DNA of 64,000 bases. Origin: Sphaerodactylus townsendi. Taxonomy: Eukaryota. Of the stretch, positions 49,980 to 61,177 are shown piece after piece. The position numbers and the translations under genes are program-made. The notes under the pieces were generated by a model, which did no database searches, was not told the origin of the DNA, and was given only the letters and a program-made list of their open reading frames with translations. Location: NCBI RefSeq assembly GCF_021028975.2, contig NC_059439.1:33976001-34040000 (forward strand), in the 5' to 3' direction. Numbering within the stretch: the stretch's first letter is position 1; each line of letters starts with the position of its first letter.

Positions 49980-52103
49980 ACAAATAGTGCAAGCTATTAT
50001 CGAAGGCTTTCACGGCCGGAATCACTGGGGTGCTGTGTGGTTTCCGGGCTGTATGGCCGTATTCTAGTAGCATTCTCTCCTGATGTTTCGCCTGCAAAGC
50101 TAAGTAATTCTTTTTCAAAAGCTAATATTGTCCCATAGTCATATTTTAGTAGTGTTTGTCCATAATTAATCCCAGAGGAACTTCATACAGCTGAGGTTTG
50201 CAGCTAGGAGATTCTGTATGCTTTCTATTCTTGTTCAGAAGAGACAAGCTACATCTTCTGGAGGAGATAGCCCCAAACACTTCCCATAACCAGTTTTGAA
50301 CTTCTTCTTCTCTCAGTTGTCTGCTGCCTTGAAGAAGAAGAAAAAGAGTTGGTTTTTGTACCCCACTTTTCTCTACCTTAAGGAGTCTCAAAGTGGCTTA
50401 CGGTCCCCTTCTCTTCTCCCCACAACAGAAACCTTGTGAAGCATGTAGGACTGGGAGAGTTCTGAGAGGACCATGACTAGCTCAAAGCAGGCTTCATGTG
50501 GAGGAGTGAGAATTCTAACCTGGTTCTCCAGATTAGCGTCTGCTGCTCTTAACCACCACACCTACAATGAGGCAAGAGGAGGAAGCAACTGTTAGAAATC
50601 CTTCCACCATGCCTGGATCTCTATCTTCTTGAGAAGCGCTTTCTAAACTATATAGCTTGACTTTAAAATACTCTGAGTGCCAGTTTTGGGTCAGAAATGG
50701 GTAAAAATGGCACAAATAAAGCTACAGAAACCCTGCCATGGGTGACCATTTTAGAGCAGTGTGTAGAAAATTTCCTTCTCCATCTGAAGTCCCTGACTAG
50801 ACCAGTGAATGTCCATCTCATTTTCTAGCATCTTCCATTAGAAAGCTGATTGCAACATATCTAATTGTTCTTTTGCTTAAAATAAGTCAGAGGGACAAGA
50901 AACTTCATGCGGGTGGTGGAATATCCAGGAGAGGAGCAGAAAGGTAAGATCACACCTGTCCCTCTTACACCTTTACATTTTAGATGGCTAGTTTTCTTCT
51001 ACGGATAGAACTCTTTAAAATCATATTTGTCTTTATTCCAGAAAAGTCTATTTAGCTCATTCGCTTTTGGACAATAAAAAAAGTAAACACAAAACCCTCC
51101 AAAGGAACAGAATATTATTCCTGAACTTAAAAGAAGAATGAGCACGGCATAAATTAAAATTGTATATATCAAAGTACATGGGAATTTGACAGACTTACTT
51201 CTTGGTTAATATTGGTTAATGATGACGGTTCAAATTTTAAGAGAAGATGAAATATGTCTGACAATAGCCGGGTGATATGAATTTCATTTCCCCGACAGGA
51301 GATGCAGTATGCGATAATGTCTGCACGATCCAAAAGTAAATTATCACGAGAGCTCTTACAATACTGTAGAATATTTGCAAGAACAGGGAAAAAAAGTATT
51401 TTAGGGTCTCTTTTTAATCATTTATTTAACAGAATCAATGTAACGGTGAGTTATCTGGTTGCGAGGCTGCTGTGAAGGCAAAGCAGAGGAGAAACATGTA
51501 AGACATTTCAGGAGTATAAATGAGGATCAGGTACATAAGAAGGCAGGGTATAAATGAAGAAAATTGGTAAATACATAATGGTTTAGTAGTGTGGTGGTTT
51601 AGGAAATGTTGCAGCTCATTTATGGGGACCCCACAAGGTTTTCTGAGCTTAGATGCTGCTTGTAAGCACTTCTCTGTGGACGTTGCTGAGCATGGCAAAG
51701 AGTGAGAAGTCACTGAGAGACGCATGGTGCTGAGCAGGGCTTACATTTTTGGGAGATCGCTGTGCCTAGTTAAATTGTGTCTTCTGTGAAACTAAGTCCA
51801 GATTTTTTACATGGGTAACCATGTCGGTCTGCAGTAGAAGAATAGTTTGGATTTAGACCCCACCTTTCTGTCCTGTAAGGAGACTCAAGGTGGCTTACAA
51901 GCTCCTTTCCCTTCCTCTCCCCACAACAGACCCCTTGTGAGGCAGGTGGGGCTGAGAGAGCTCTGGGAGAACTGTGAGTAGCCCAAGGTCACCCAGCAGG
52001 AATGTAGAAGTGTGGAAACACATCTGGCTGTGGAATGGTTGGGTATAGCCCATGTCATAGGATCTTAGAAGAGTAGCAGGTGGGCACTTAGATGGGAGAC
52101 CAC

Positions 52104-52572
52104 TGTAGGGATGAGCTGCTGACCCAGCAGCACCGTAAGTAGAGCGCTGGCACACCGGCGCTCCTACGGCCTTCTGGTCGCACCGCTCCCCCACCCCTCA
52201 TCCCCCGATGAGTCACGGGTCATGAACTACCTGGCTCACAACCACCGGGTGTCCCAGACAAAGGGACAATGGTCTTGCCCCCAGGTGAGGATTAGGCCCA
52301 GACGCTGATGCTCCTCTCCGCACGTAGCAGCCAGGTGAGATCATGCATCACATGATGACCTCTCAGTCTCCCGCTCTCCCGCTCTCCCGGAATTCCCCCC
52401 GTTCCGCCCTTCTACACGCCCCCGCTAGAATCATAATAAAAGGTGCCAGGAACCAGCACGCGGCAGAGTCGCTAGGAACACGGACACCCGCGCTCCCGCT
52501 GCTGGCGCTCTCCACCAGATGAAATCACCTTGTCTCGTCTCGTTCTTACGCTGACCTCGTGGCGCGACTACA
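52104..52572 (+). mobile_element. Young solo LTR (469 bp), 6-bp TSD, inside a 5S-like SINE in the presumed OR-4 intron
   Basis: TGTAG...CTACA ends. TSD GACCAC at 52098-52103 and 52573-52578. CpG-rich, ATAATAAAA at ~52433. Empty site in the paralog at ~44883. Confidence 0.93.
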
Positions 52573-53530
52573 GACCACCAAGGAAGACTATGCAGGGGAA
52601 GGCCATGACATACAACCTCTGCTTAATCACTTGCCTTGATAGTCTCTTGCTGGAATCACAAGTCATTTGTGACATAACAGAACGGACATACGTAAGAGGC
52701 ATTCAGCCCCATTCACAAGTCGGGCTGCTGGCCGTGGTGCTGAAGCTGCCCCACTGCCTCCTAAGAGGCTTCCCAGTGGTGTGGGAGGGTCTGAAAGCCT
52801 TCTTGCCGCCGAGAAGCCCTAACAGGCTGAACAGCACCTGCACCAGCCAAAAGGTTGGCTTAAGTGTGGGCTGCCGTTTTCTGGCATTGCACCATCAAGG
52901 ACCAGGAGGGAGATGACGAATGTCGGCTCTTATCCCAGCCTGCCCGTGTCTCACCCTTGCTATGCTGGTAGGGACAACAGGGACACTGGGATGCTCCACA
53001 GCCTTCTGTGTGTGTGCTGGCGAAACTGACCCTCTGCTGGGTCAGTTACACAATTTACCATTGTGTAAATCCACCAGTGTAGAAGAAGAGTAGGGGAAGA
53101 GTTTGGATTTCTACCCCCCCTTTCTCTCCTGTAAGGAGACTCAAAGGGGCTTACACTTTCCTTTCCCTTCCCCCCTCACAACAAACACCCTGTGAGGTGG
53201 GTGGGGCTGAGAGAGCTCCGAAGAACTGTGACTTGCCCAAGGTCACTCAGCTGGCATGTGTTGGAGTGCACAGGCTAATCTATTTCCCCCAGATAAGCCT
53301 CCACAGCTCAGGCGGCAGAGCAGGGAATCAAACCCTGTTCTCCAGAGTAGAGTGCACCTGCTCATAATCACTACGCCACTGCTGCTCCCACAAGTACACC
53401 AGCCCCCCCTTCTGGATGGGGCTTATAGTCATATAATGAAGAACAAGAGATTTTAGTGAGATCTTGCTACTTTGGTTTGGTTTTCTTGCAGAATTTGATG
53501 GGTGTGTTTCCCCTTTTCCAGGAAGTCCGG

Positions 53531-54496
53531 ATGGCAGCTGAAAACTTCACCTCCGTCCAGGAGTTCATCTTGGTGGGACTTACCAACCATCGCAAGACCC
53601 AGATGTTGCTCTTTGTGGTCATCCTCCTTACCTATTCCTTTACCGTTTTGGGGAACCTGATGATCATTGTCCTGGTGCTGACAGACTTCCACCTCCAGAC
53701 ACCGATGTACTTCTTCCTCACAAACCTCTCGACCCTGGAGATCTGTTTTGTCACGACCACTGAGCCCCAGATGTTGGCTCACCTCATGGCTGGAAATGGA
53801 GTCCTCCCCTTCACTCATTGTGTCGCCCAGATGTACATTGCTACCTCCCTGGCCAGTATTGAATGTTTTCTCTTGGCTGCCATGGCCTATGACCGCTACT
53901 TGGCCATCTGCCGCCCTCTCGTCTACACAGTCGCCATGGGTGGGTGGCACTCGCTGCAGTTAGCCTTTGCCTCCTGGGTGATTGGCGCCATTCTCGCTTC
54001 AATAACTATGTCCTCCATCCTCCGCCTCCCCTTTTGTGGGCCCAACCGCATAAACCACTTCTGCTGTGAGGCGCCACTGCTGTTGAAACTGTCATGTGCC
54101 GACATCCGAGTTACAGAGCAAATAGTGGTCATCTTCTCTTCGTTCATCCTTCTATTTCCCCTTTCTTTAATCCTGACCTCTTATGGGATGATTCTCTGGT
54201 CTGTGTTGCAAATACGATCGAAACTGCCTGGAAGAACGCCAAGGCTTTTCTCATACATCGCCCTCCCACCTGGCCGTGGTCTCCCTGTTCTACGCCACCG
54301 CCATGTTCATGCACCTGATCCAATTGCTTCGGCCAAGGTAAATTCGAATTATGACAAGTGGATTGCGGTTTTTTATGCCGTGGTCACTCCCATGCTGAAC
54401 CCGATCATCTATACCCTCAGGAACAAAGACGTTCATGATGCCGCAGCCAAGATGATGGGCCGGTGGGGCTTGAGCTACAGACACCAAGTAGTATAG
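53531..54496 (+). CDS. Olfactory receptor OR-4, young paralog of OR-3; TM6 region scrambled by compensating indels (probable assembly error)
   Basis: Protein identical to OR-3 except in TM4/ECL2 and at 54221-54340, where many small insertions (net +12 nt) remove KAFSTCASHL from the frame. Confidence 0.85.
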   Translation: MAAENFTSVQEFILVGLTNHRKTQMLLFVVILLTYSFTVLGNLMIIVLVLTDFHLQTPMYFFLTNLSTLEICFVTTTEPQMLAHLMAGNGVLPFTHCVAQMYIATSLASIECFLLAAMAYDRYLAICRPLVYTVAMGGWHSLQLAFASWVIGAILASITMSSILRLPFCGPNRINHFCCEAPLLLKLSCADIRVTEQIVVIFSSFILLFPLSLILTSYGMILWSVLQIRSKLPGRTPRLFSYIALPPGRGLPVLRHRHVHAPDPIASAKVNSNYDKWIAVFYAVVTPMLNPIIYTLRNKDVHDAAAKMMGRWGLSYRHQVV

Positions 54497-54868
54497 TGAG
54501 AAATAGATACATAAATATCTATTTGTCACTATAAATAAGGTGCATCAGTGGCGTAGTGGTTAAGAGCAGGTGTACTCTAATCTGGTGGAACCGGGTTTTA
54601 TTCCCCGCTCTGCTGTGGAGGCTTATCTGGGGAATTCAGATTAGCTTGTGCACTCCAACACACACCAGCTGCTTGACCTTGGGCTAGTCACAGCTCTTCT
54701 AAGCTCTCTCAGCCCCACCTACCTCACAGGGTGTTTGTTGTGTGGGGGGAGGGGAAAGGAGATTGTAAGCCCCTTTGAGTCTCCTACAGGAGAGAAAGGG
54801 GGGATATAATCCAACTCTTCTTCTTCTCGCAAGGACAACACTATACTGGGGCTACTCAAGATTAACAA

Positions 54869-55770
54869 GTAGACTTTCATGTGATATGTAGTGAAGTTGG
54901 ACATTACTGGCCACTTTTTGTTTAACTGCTGGAAGTGTTGGATTCTTGACAGCTGGTACAGTATTCTGTGTCATTTGATTATCTCTAATAAAAAAGGCAT
55001 TACTTGGATTTTCTCACTTTTCCTGGATTTTCTTTGGGCCACCATGACTGTTTGGGAGTTTAATGGTACAGTATAGCCCTCTCATCAAATCTGGGAAGCT
55101 AAGTAGGGTCTGGATGGGAGACCACCAAAGGAAGACTATGCAGTGGGAGGCCGTGGCAAACAACCTATGCATTTTCAATCCACTTTCAATGCACTTTGAA
55201 GCTGGATTTTACTGTGCAGAATAGCAAAATTCACTTGCAAACAATTGTGAAAGTGGATTGAAAGTGCATTATTCTGCATGTGCGGAAGGGGCCATAGAAG
55301 CAACATAAATGACGCATAACTAAGGAACATTTGCATTTTTAAATCTTATGCCCTGGGGTGATCCAAGCTGCAACTCTTAGTGATCCAGAGGAGAACACCA
55401 GAGGAAATACTCATCACATTATGAACCTTTCATCAAGCAAATGGTGTAAAATTGAACAGTTAAGGAGAAAAAAAAGTAGACTTTCATGCCGTATGTAGTG
55501 AAGTTGGACATTACTGACTCTTTGTTTAACTGCTGGAGGTGTTAGATACTTGGAAACTTGGACAATATTCTTTGTCATTCGATTACCCCAAATAAAAAAG
55601 GCATTACTTGAATTTTCTCACTTGTCCTGGATTTTTTTTGGGCCACTATGACTGTTTGGGAGTTTTATGGGTCAGTATAGCCCTCTCATCAAATCTGGGA
55701 AGCTAAGTAGGGTCTGGAGGGGAGACCACCAAAGGAAGACTATGCAGAGGGAGGCCATGGCAAACAACCT
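54869..55770. repeat. Local ~300-bp direct duplication (54869-55167 and 55477-55770) including a 5S-like SINE head
   Basis: GTAGACTTTCATG..GGCAAACAACCT occurs twice with moderate divergence. Confidence 0.85.
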
Positions 55771-55984
55771 CTCCTTGATGCCTTGAAAACTCTACAGAGT
55801 CACCATAAGTCAGTTGACATCACTTTATACACACAATATGACTGTTTACAACTCTTTTTTTAAAAAAATGGGAGCAAATTAAAGACAATACGCATTTGAT
55901 TATATCCAGTTTCCATAAATCCCAATTTTAAAAATTTGCATTTCTTTTTCTTTGTGCAAGGATGCATCCAATGTATTGCTGCTA

Positions 55985-56070
55985 GAAGAAGAAGAAGAAG
56001 AAGAAGAAGAAGAAGAAGAAGAAGAAGAAGAAGAAGAAGAAGAAGAAGAAGAAGAAGAAGAAGAAGAAGA
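55985..56070. repeat. (GAA)n microsatellite, expanded SINE tail
   Basis: About 28 GAA units abutting a minus-strand SINE. Confidence 0.95.
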
Positions 56071-59000
56071 GTTTGGATTTATATCCCCCCTTTCTCTCCT
56101 ACAGGAGACTCAAAGGGGCTTACAATCTCCTTGCCCTTCCCCCCTCACAACAAACACCCTGTGAGGTAGGTGGGGCTGAGAGAGCTCCGAGAAGCTGTGA
56201 CTTGCCCAAGGTCACCCAGCTGGCATGTGTGGGAGTGTACAGGCTAATCTGAATTCCCCAGATAAGCCTCCACAGCTCAGGCAGCAGAGCTGGGAATCAA
56301 ACCTGGTTCCTCCAGATTAGATACACGAGCTCTTAACCTCCTACGCCACTGCTGCTCCAACCTCCTACGCCATGAGCTCTTAACCTCCTACGCCACTGCT
56401 AGCAGGCTAATTGACAAAGTTTTCCTGGAGGCCTTGTGAAAAGTTGAGAAAACAGGTTTTTTTTCATACTGGATGGAACCTGAAGTGCTTCTGACTCAAG
56501 AGACAGAGCAAGCTATAACAGACAATTAATAATCCACCATAAAGCTCCAAGGGATCAGACTGCTCCCCATAGAGTAGATCTGCCATCTTTATTTGCTTCC
56601 TGAATCCTCAAACCTTTGACAATTCGCAGGGCAGGGACAGCATGCTGTTCGTTACTTGACACTGGGAATGGTTTTGTGGGATTGACCACCAACATAGTAG
56701 CCTTTGAAACTGTTAGGAAAAGTACAAGAGATGCCAGCCACAGATGCAGGCGAAACGTCAGGAGAGAATGTTGCTAGAACACGGCCATACAGCCCGGAAA
56801 CCACACAGCACCCAGTACAAGAGTGATTTAGTAGCCAGATGGTAGGTTCCAATTTTTGTTTTGTTTGTAAAGGATCGTGGCATCTCCAGCTGAAGGATCT
56901 CAGCTTGTAGGGCATGGAGTACTGAAAAACCTCTCCCAGTCAAGAAAAGCTAAAAATAAAAATAAAATTTAGAAGGGCTAGGATTTTCCACCCAATCCTA
57001 GATGTTGGAACAGTGAAAACCTTCTGACAGTCAGCAGCATAGAGCAAAACTGAATATTTTAAGCCAATGAAGGACATGGTTTATATATTGCTTTTTGTGT
57101 ATATCTATGACCCATAATTAACTTCAGAGGAGCTGAAGATCTTGCTTATAGCTATGGGACTGCAAATGCTTCTGCTTTCCCTCTTAGAGGGACGTGTCAC
57201 TAGACAATTGGCAACTGAAGATGGGTCATGGGTCGCTTTTGCAGAGCTGCATGGGGCAACTTTTCCTCAGTGCCTGTGGGTAGATCTTGAAAAAAACCCT
57301 GGAGAAACATGAAGGTAAAATCAGATTCTACAATTTGGGATTGGATTATGGGGAGCAGATTTCAGTTTGCTGTTTTAGTTGTCAAGGGCATAGTAAATAC
57401 CATTCCTGAATTGGCTGAAGAGCTTGTGTATCTAATCTGGAGGAACCGGGTTTGATTCCCAGCTCTGTCGCCCAAGCTGTGGAGGCTTATCTGGGGAATA
57501 CAGCTTAGCCTGTACACTCCCACACATGCCAGCTGGGTGACCTTGGGCTAGCCACAGCTTCTCGGAGCTCTCTCAGCCCCACCTACCTTACAGGGTGTTT
57601 GTTGTGAGAGGGGAAGGGCAAGGAGATTGTAAGTCCCTTTGAGTCTCCTGCAGGAAAGAAAGGGGGGATATAAATCCAAATTCTTCTTTTTCTTCTTCTA
57701 CTGGAACTTGCAGTGACCTCAAGGCCTAAGTTTGGTAAGAGGTGCCATCCCCCCCAAACCTTTTGGTCTTTAGACAAATGCAACAAATTCAGGACTTCTC
57801 ATTGATTTTTCCCTTTCAATTTCCATCCCTACAGCCACATATGTATTGAAACAATACAAGTAGAGAGGGAAATGGGACCACCCATCCTAGAAGAAGATGA
57901 TTAGATTGGGTTTATACCCTGCTTTTCTCTCCTGTAAGGAGTCACAAAGTGGCTTACAAACTCCTTTCCTTTTTCTAAGCACAATCAACACCTTATGAGG
58001 TAGGTGGGGCTGAGAGAGGTTTGACAGAACTGTGTCTAGTCCAAGGTCACCATCAGGCTTCATGTGCAGAAGTGGAGAAACAAACTTGGTTCACCACAGT
58101 AGAGTCCTGCCGCTCATGTCAGTGAGTGCGGAATCAAACCCAGTTCTCCTGTCCGCTGCTCATATGGATGAGAGGAGAATCAAACTCAGTTGGATCCAGA
58201 CCAAAACAAGTGGTAATCTAAGAAAAGAATCCTTGTAGCTGCTTGCACTGAATCAAACTTACTGTATCCCCACTGGCATTTCTAGTTGCTCACAATCACA
58301 AGATTTTACACAACAGATGCCTTGCCAGGTTGGTGGGTCTGAGAGAGTTCCCAGAGAACTATGACTGGCCCAAAGTCACCCAGCAGGTTTCTTGTGAATG
58401 AGTGGGGAAACAAATCCAGTCCTCTAGGTTAGAGTCTGCAACTAATGTGGAGGAATGGGGCATCAAACCCAATTTTCCAGATTAGAATATACCTGCTCTT
58501 AACCACCACATTGTGCTGGTAGTGCTTTGGTTAGATAAAGATCTGAGAGGCTTAAATTCACAACCTTAATCTACCATGGAATGTGTTAGGACAACAAGAA
58601 TGCATCACGATTTCATCCCAGCCCTTTTCTAACTCCCAGACCAGTTGTGAGGATAAAGGAAAGAAGAACAAGCTATTTACATCTGTATGGTGAATAGAGT
58701 TTACTTGCATATGGCCTTAAGCCTTTACAAAATATTGTAAACTAATTTCACATTTTAAAAAATACATATTAACATTAACATTAGAATCACAGAAGTACAA
58801 ATTATACCAAATCAGGAATTCAGCTGATTCGGCTAGAACGAAAATTTTACAGCCGAATCAAGCTGCATCCGAATTTTACTGAATTTTTTCGGCGTTGCTC
58901 AAGTTTATAAATAACCTTAAAATGATTTAAAAAGCATAACACCGTTAGGGCATCCAATCAACCAATAAGGTCAATTTTGGGTAACTGCTCTCATGGACAG

Positions 59001-59580
59001 TACATTGTCCCTTATTTTCCCAGCTGCCAACTTACACCTGTGTATGAAAAGGGCAATATCGTTTTCTTTAATGAAACCTGCAGATGAAGGAAGGAGCCAG
59101 AAATGCAAAAAACAATCTCCACTCATAAGCAGTGCAGATTGGAAGGCAGTTCTTCTTCATTATACTCTGTCTCATATGGTCAGTTTAGGTGCAGCGGTCA
59201 AGAAAATGGTATGCTTCCGCATTACAATATAGTCCCGAATGAATACGTTAATTATAATTAATTTTTAAGAGCTGCCTTAGTCAAAACCATTATTCAGTGC
59301 ATAACTGAACATGGTATTTGATAAACTGAATGACAAAATGTATTTTTACTTTCAAAAGGATGCAGAGGAGGTCTAGATAGGCACTAGGACACAGATCATT
59401 CTGCCACAAAGAAGGTCCAGTATGCTTATTTCTGTGGAGGAGGAATGTACAACACCACCAATATCTTTTCTGAGACTATACAGTATTTCAGGCAACGAAG
59501 CATAGCTTCTTCTTTTAGGATGCACCCTTTCTGAAACATGTCTTTCTCTCCTTTCTCTGCAGGCAGGAGCCCAGGATAGC

Positions 59581-60525
59581 ATGGAGAACATCACCTTTGT
59601 CACGCAGTTCATCTTGGTGGGACTCTCCAACAACCACAAGACTCAGATTGTGCTGTTTGCAGTCTTCCTCCTCATCTACTTGCTTACCATTGTGGGGAAC
59701 CTGGTGATCATCATGTTGATTCAGGTGGACTCCCACCTCCAGACCCCCATGTACTACTTCTTAACACACCTTTCCATCCTGGAAATCTGCTACATCAGTA
59801 GTACAGTGCCTCAAATGCTAGCTCACCTGCTAGCTGGCAATGGAGCCATCTCCTTCACCCGTTGCGCCGTACAAATGTACATTGCATTATCCCTAGGTAG
59901 CACCGAAGGTCTTCTACTGGGTGCCATGGCCTATGACCGGTACTTGGCCATCTGCCACCCTTTGCTTTATGTCATCGCCATGGGCAGGTGGCGCCAGCTG
60001 CAGCTGGCTTCAAGTGCTTGGACAGGTGGCTTCCTGCTGTCCATATTGAATGTGGGCTGCACCCTTTGCCTCCCTTTCTGTGGCCCCAACCGTGTCAACC
60101 ACTTCTTCTGTGAGTTGCCGGTCATTCTAAAACTGGCGTGCGCTGACACCTGGATTACAGAAGCGGTCATATTTGGGGCAGCAGTCCTGATCCTCCTGGT
60201 TCCCCTTTCGGTCATCCTGACGTCCTACAGCCTCATTCTGTTCTCTGTTTTGCAAATGCCGTCAGCGTCCGGACGACACAAAGCTTTCTCCACTTGTGCT
60301 TCTCACTTGGCTGTGGTCATCTTGTTCTATGGCACGGTCATCTCAATGTACATGAGACCTCGATCGGACACAACTACTGACATTGACAAGAGAATTGCCG
60401 TCTTTTATATTTTGGTCACCCCTCTACTCAACCCCTTCATTTACACCCTGCGGAACAAGGATGTCCATAATGCAGTGGTTAAAGTGTTCCAAAGATGGGG
60501 CTTCCAAATGAAGCTACAACATTAA
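59581..60525 (+). CDS. Olfactory receptor OR-5, intact, 314 aa
   Basis: MENIT, GN, LQTPMYYFL, VPQML, MAYDRYLAICHPL, HFFCE, KAFSTCASHL, PLLNPFIYTLRNKD. Acceptor TTTCTCTGCAG ends at 59562. Confidence 0.97.
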   Translation: MENITFVTQFILVGLSNNHKTQIVLFAVFLLIYLLTIVGNLVIIMLIQVDSHLQTPMYYFLTHLSILEICYISSTVPQMLAHLLAGNGAISFTRCAVQMYIALSLGSTEGLLLGAMAYDRYLAICHPLLYVIAMGRWRQLQLASSAWTGGFLLSILNVGCTLCLPFCGPNRVNHFFCELPVILKLACADTWITEAVIFGAAVLILLVPLSVILTSYSLILFSVLQMPSASGRHKAFSTCASHLAVVILFYGTVISMYMRPRSDTTTDIDKRIAVFYILVTPLLNPFIYTLRNKDVHNAVVKVFQRWGFQMKLQH

Positions 60526-60586
60526 TATCTTGAGCAGCGGCATGGTGTGGACTTTTTAAAAAGTAGCGATGTAAAGTTTATTAAAC

Positions 60587-61177
60587 TTAATGAGTTGTGC
60601 ATTTCCTTGGATGACCTGCTAATGTTTACAGAGCAGGAGGTCTATGGGGCTATCAAGAAGAAACTTTTTGATAAAGAGTTCCAACAGATGCTAGAAGAAG
60701 CTAATAAAACCTGTTCCCCGATCTCTCTGGGAATACCCATGGATGGATTAATTGTAGCCCAGTACCTTTGTCTCCTGGTTGAGGCCTTGTGGCGTAGAGC
60801 AATCACCTTAGCTAGGTGTAATGCCCTGCCTTCCTCCTTTAGCCTTGGACGCCACCTCGGAATTCCGCATAAAGGAAATGCCCATGTGGCATGGGTTCTG
60901 TGGAAACAGTATTTCATATGTTGCTTAATTGTTCTTTTTATGAGATAGTTAGGAAGAAGCACATAATCCCCTCCCTGCATGGAAGTGAAGGCATTACAGA
61001 TAAACAGAAGATTATATATCTTTTAAACAACCACAACTACGAGCTGTTGAAAGTGGTGGCTAAATTTTTAAATGGTGTTATTTTAACTCGTCAGAAGTTG
61101 TAGAGGCTGTTGTTATCTTGCAATGTTCATGTTAAACTATTTATATGCCATTAAAGGTATTTGAAAATTGAAATTTG
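60587..61177 (+). mobile_element. RTE-X-like LINE 3' fragment just downstream of OR-5
   Basis: LARCNALPS motif. 13-bp TSD AAGTTTATTAAAC at 60574-60586 and 61178-61190. Confidence 0.9.

Noticed and set aside
55936-56169. Poly-R/poly-E ORFs (also poly-I at 12782 and poly-K at 48541)
   Set aside because: Translations of microsatellite tails of SINEs/L2.
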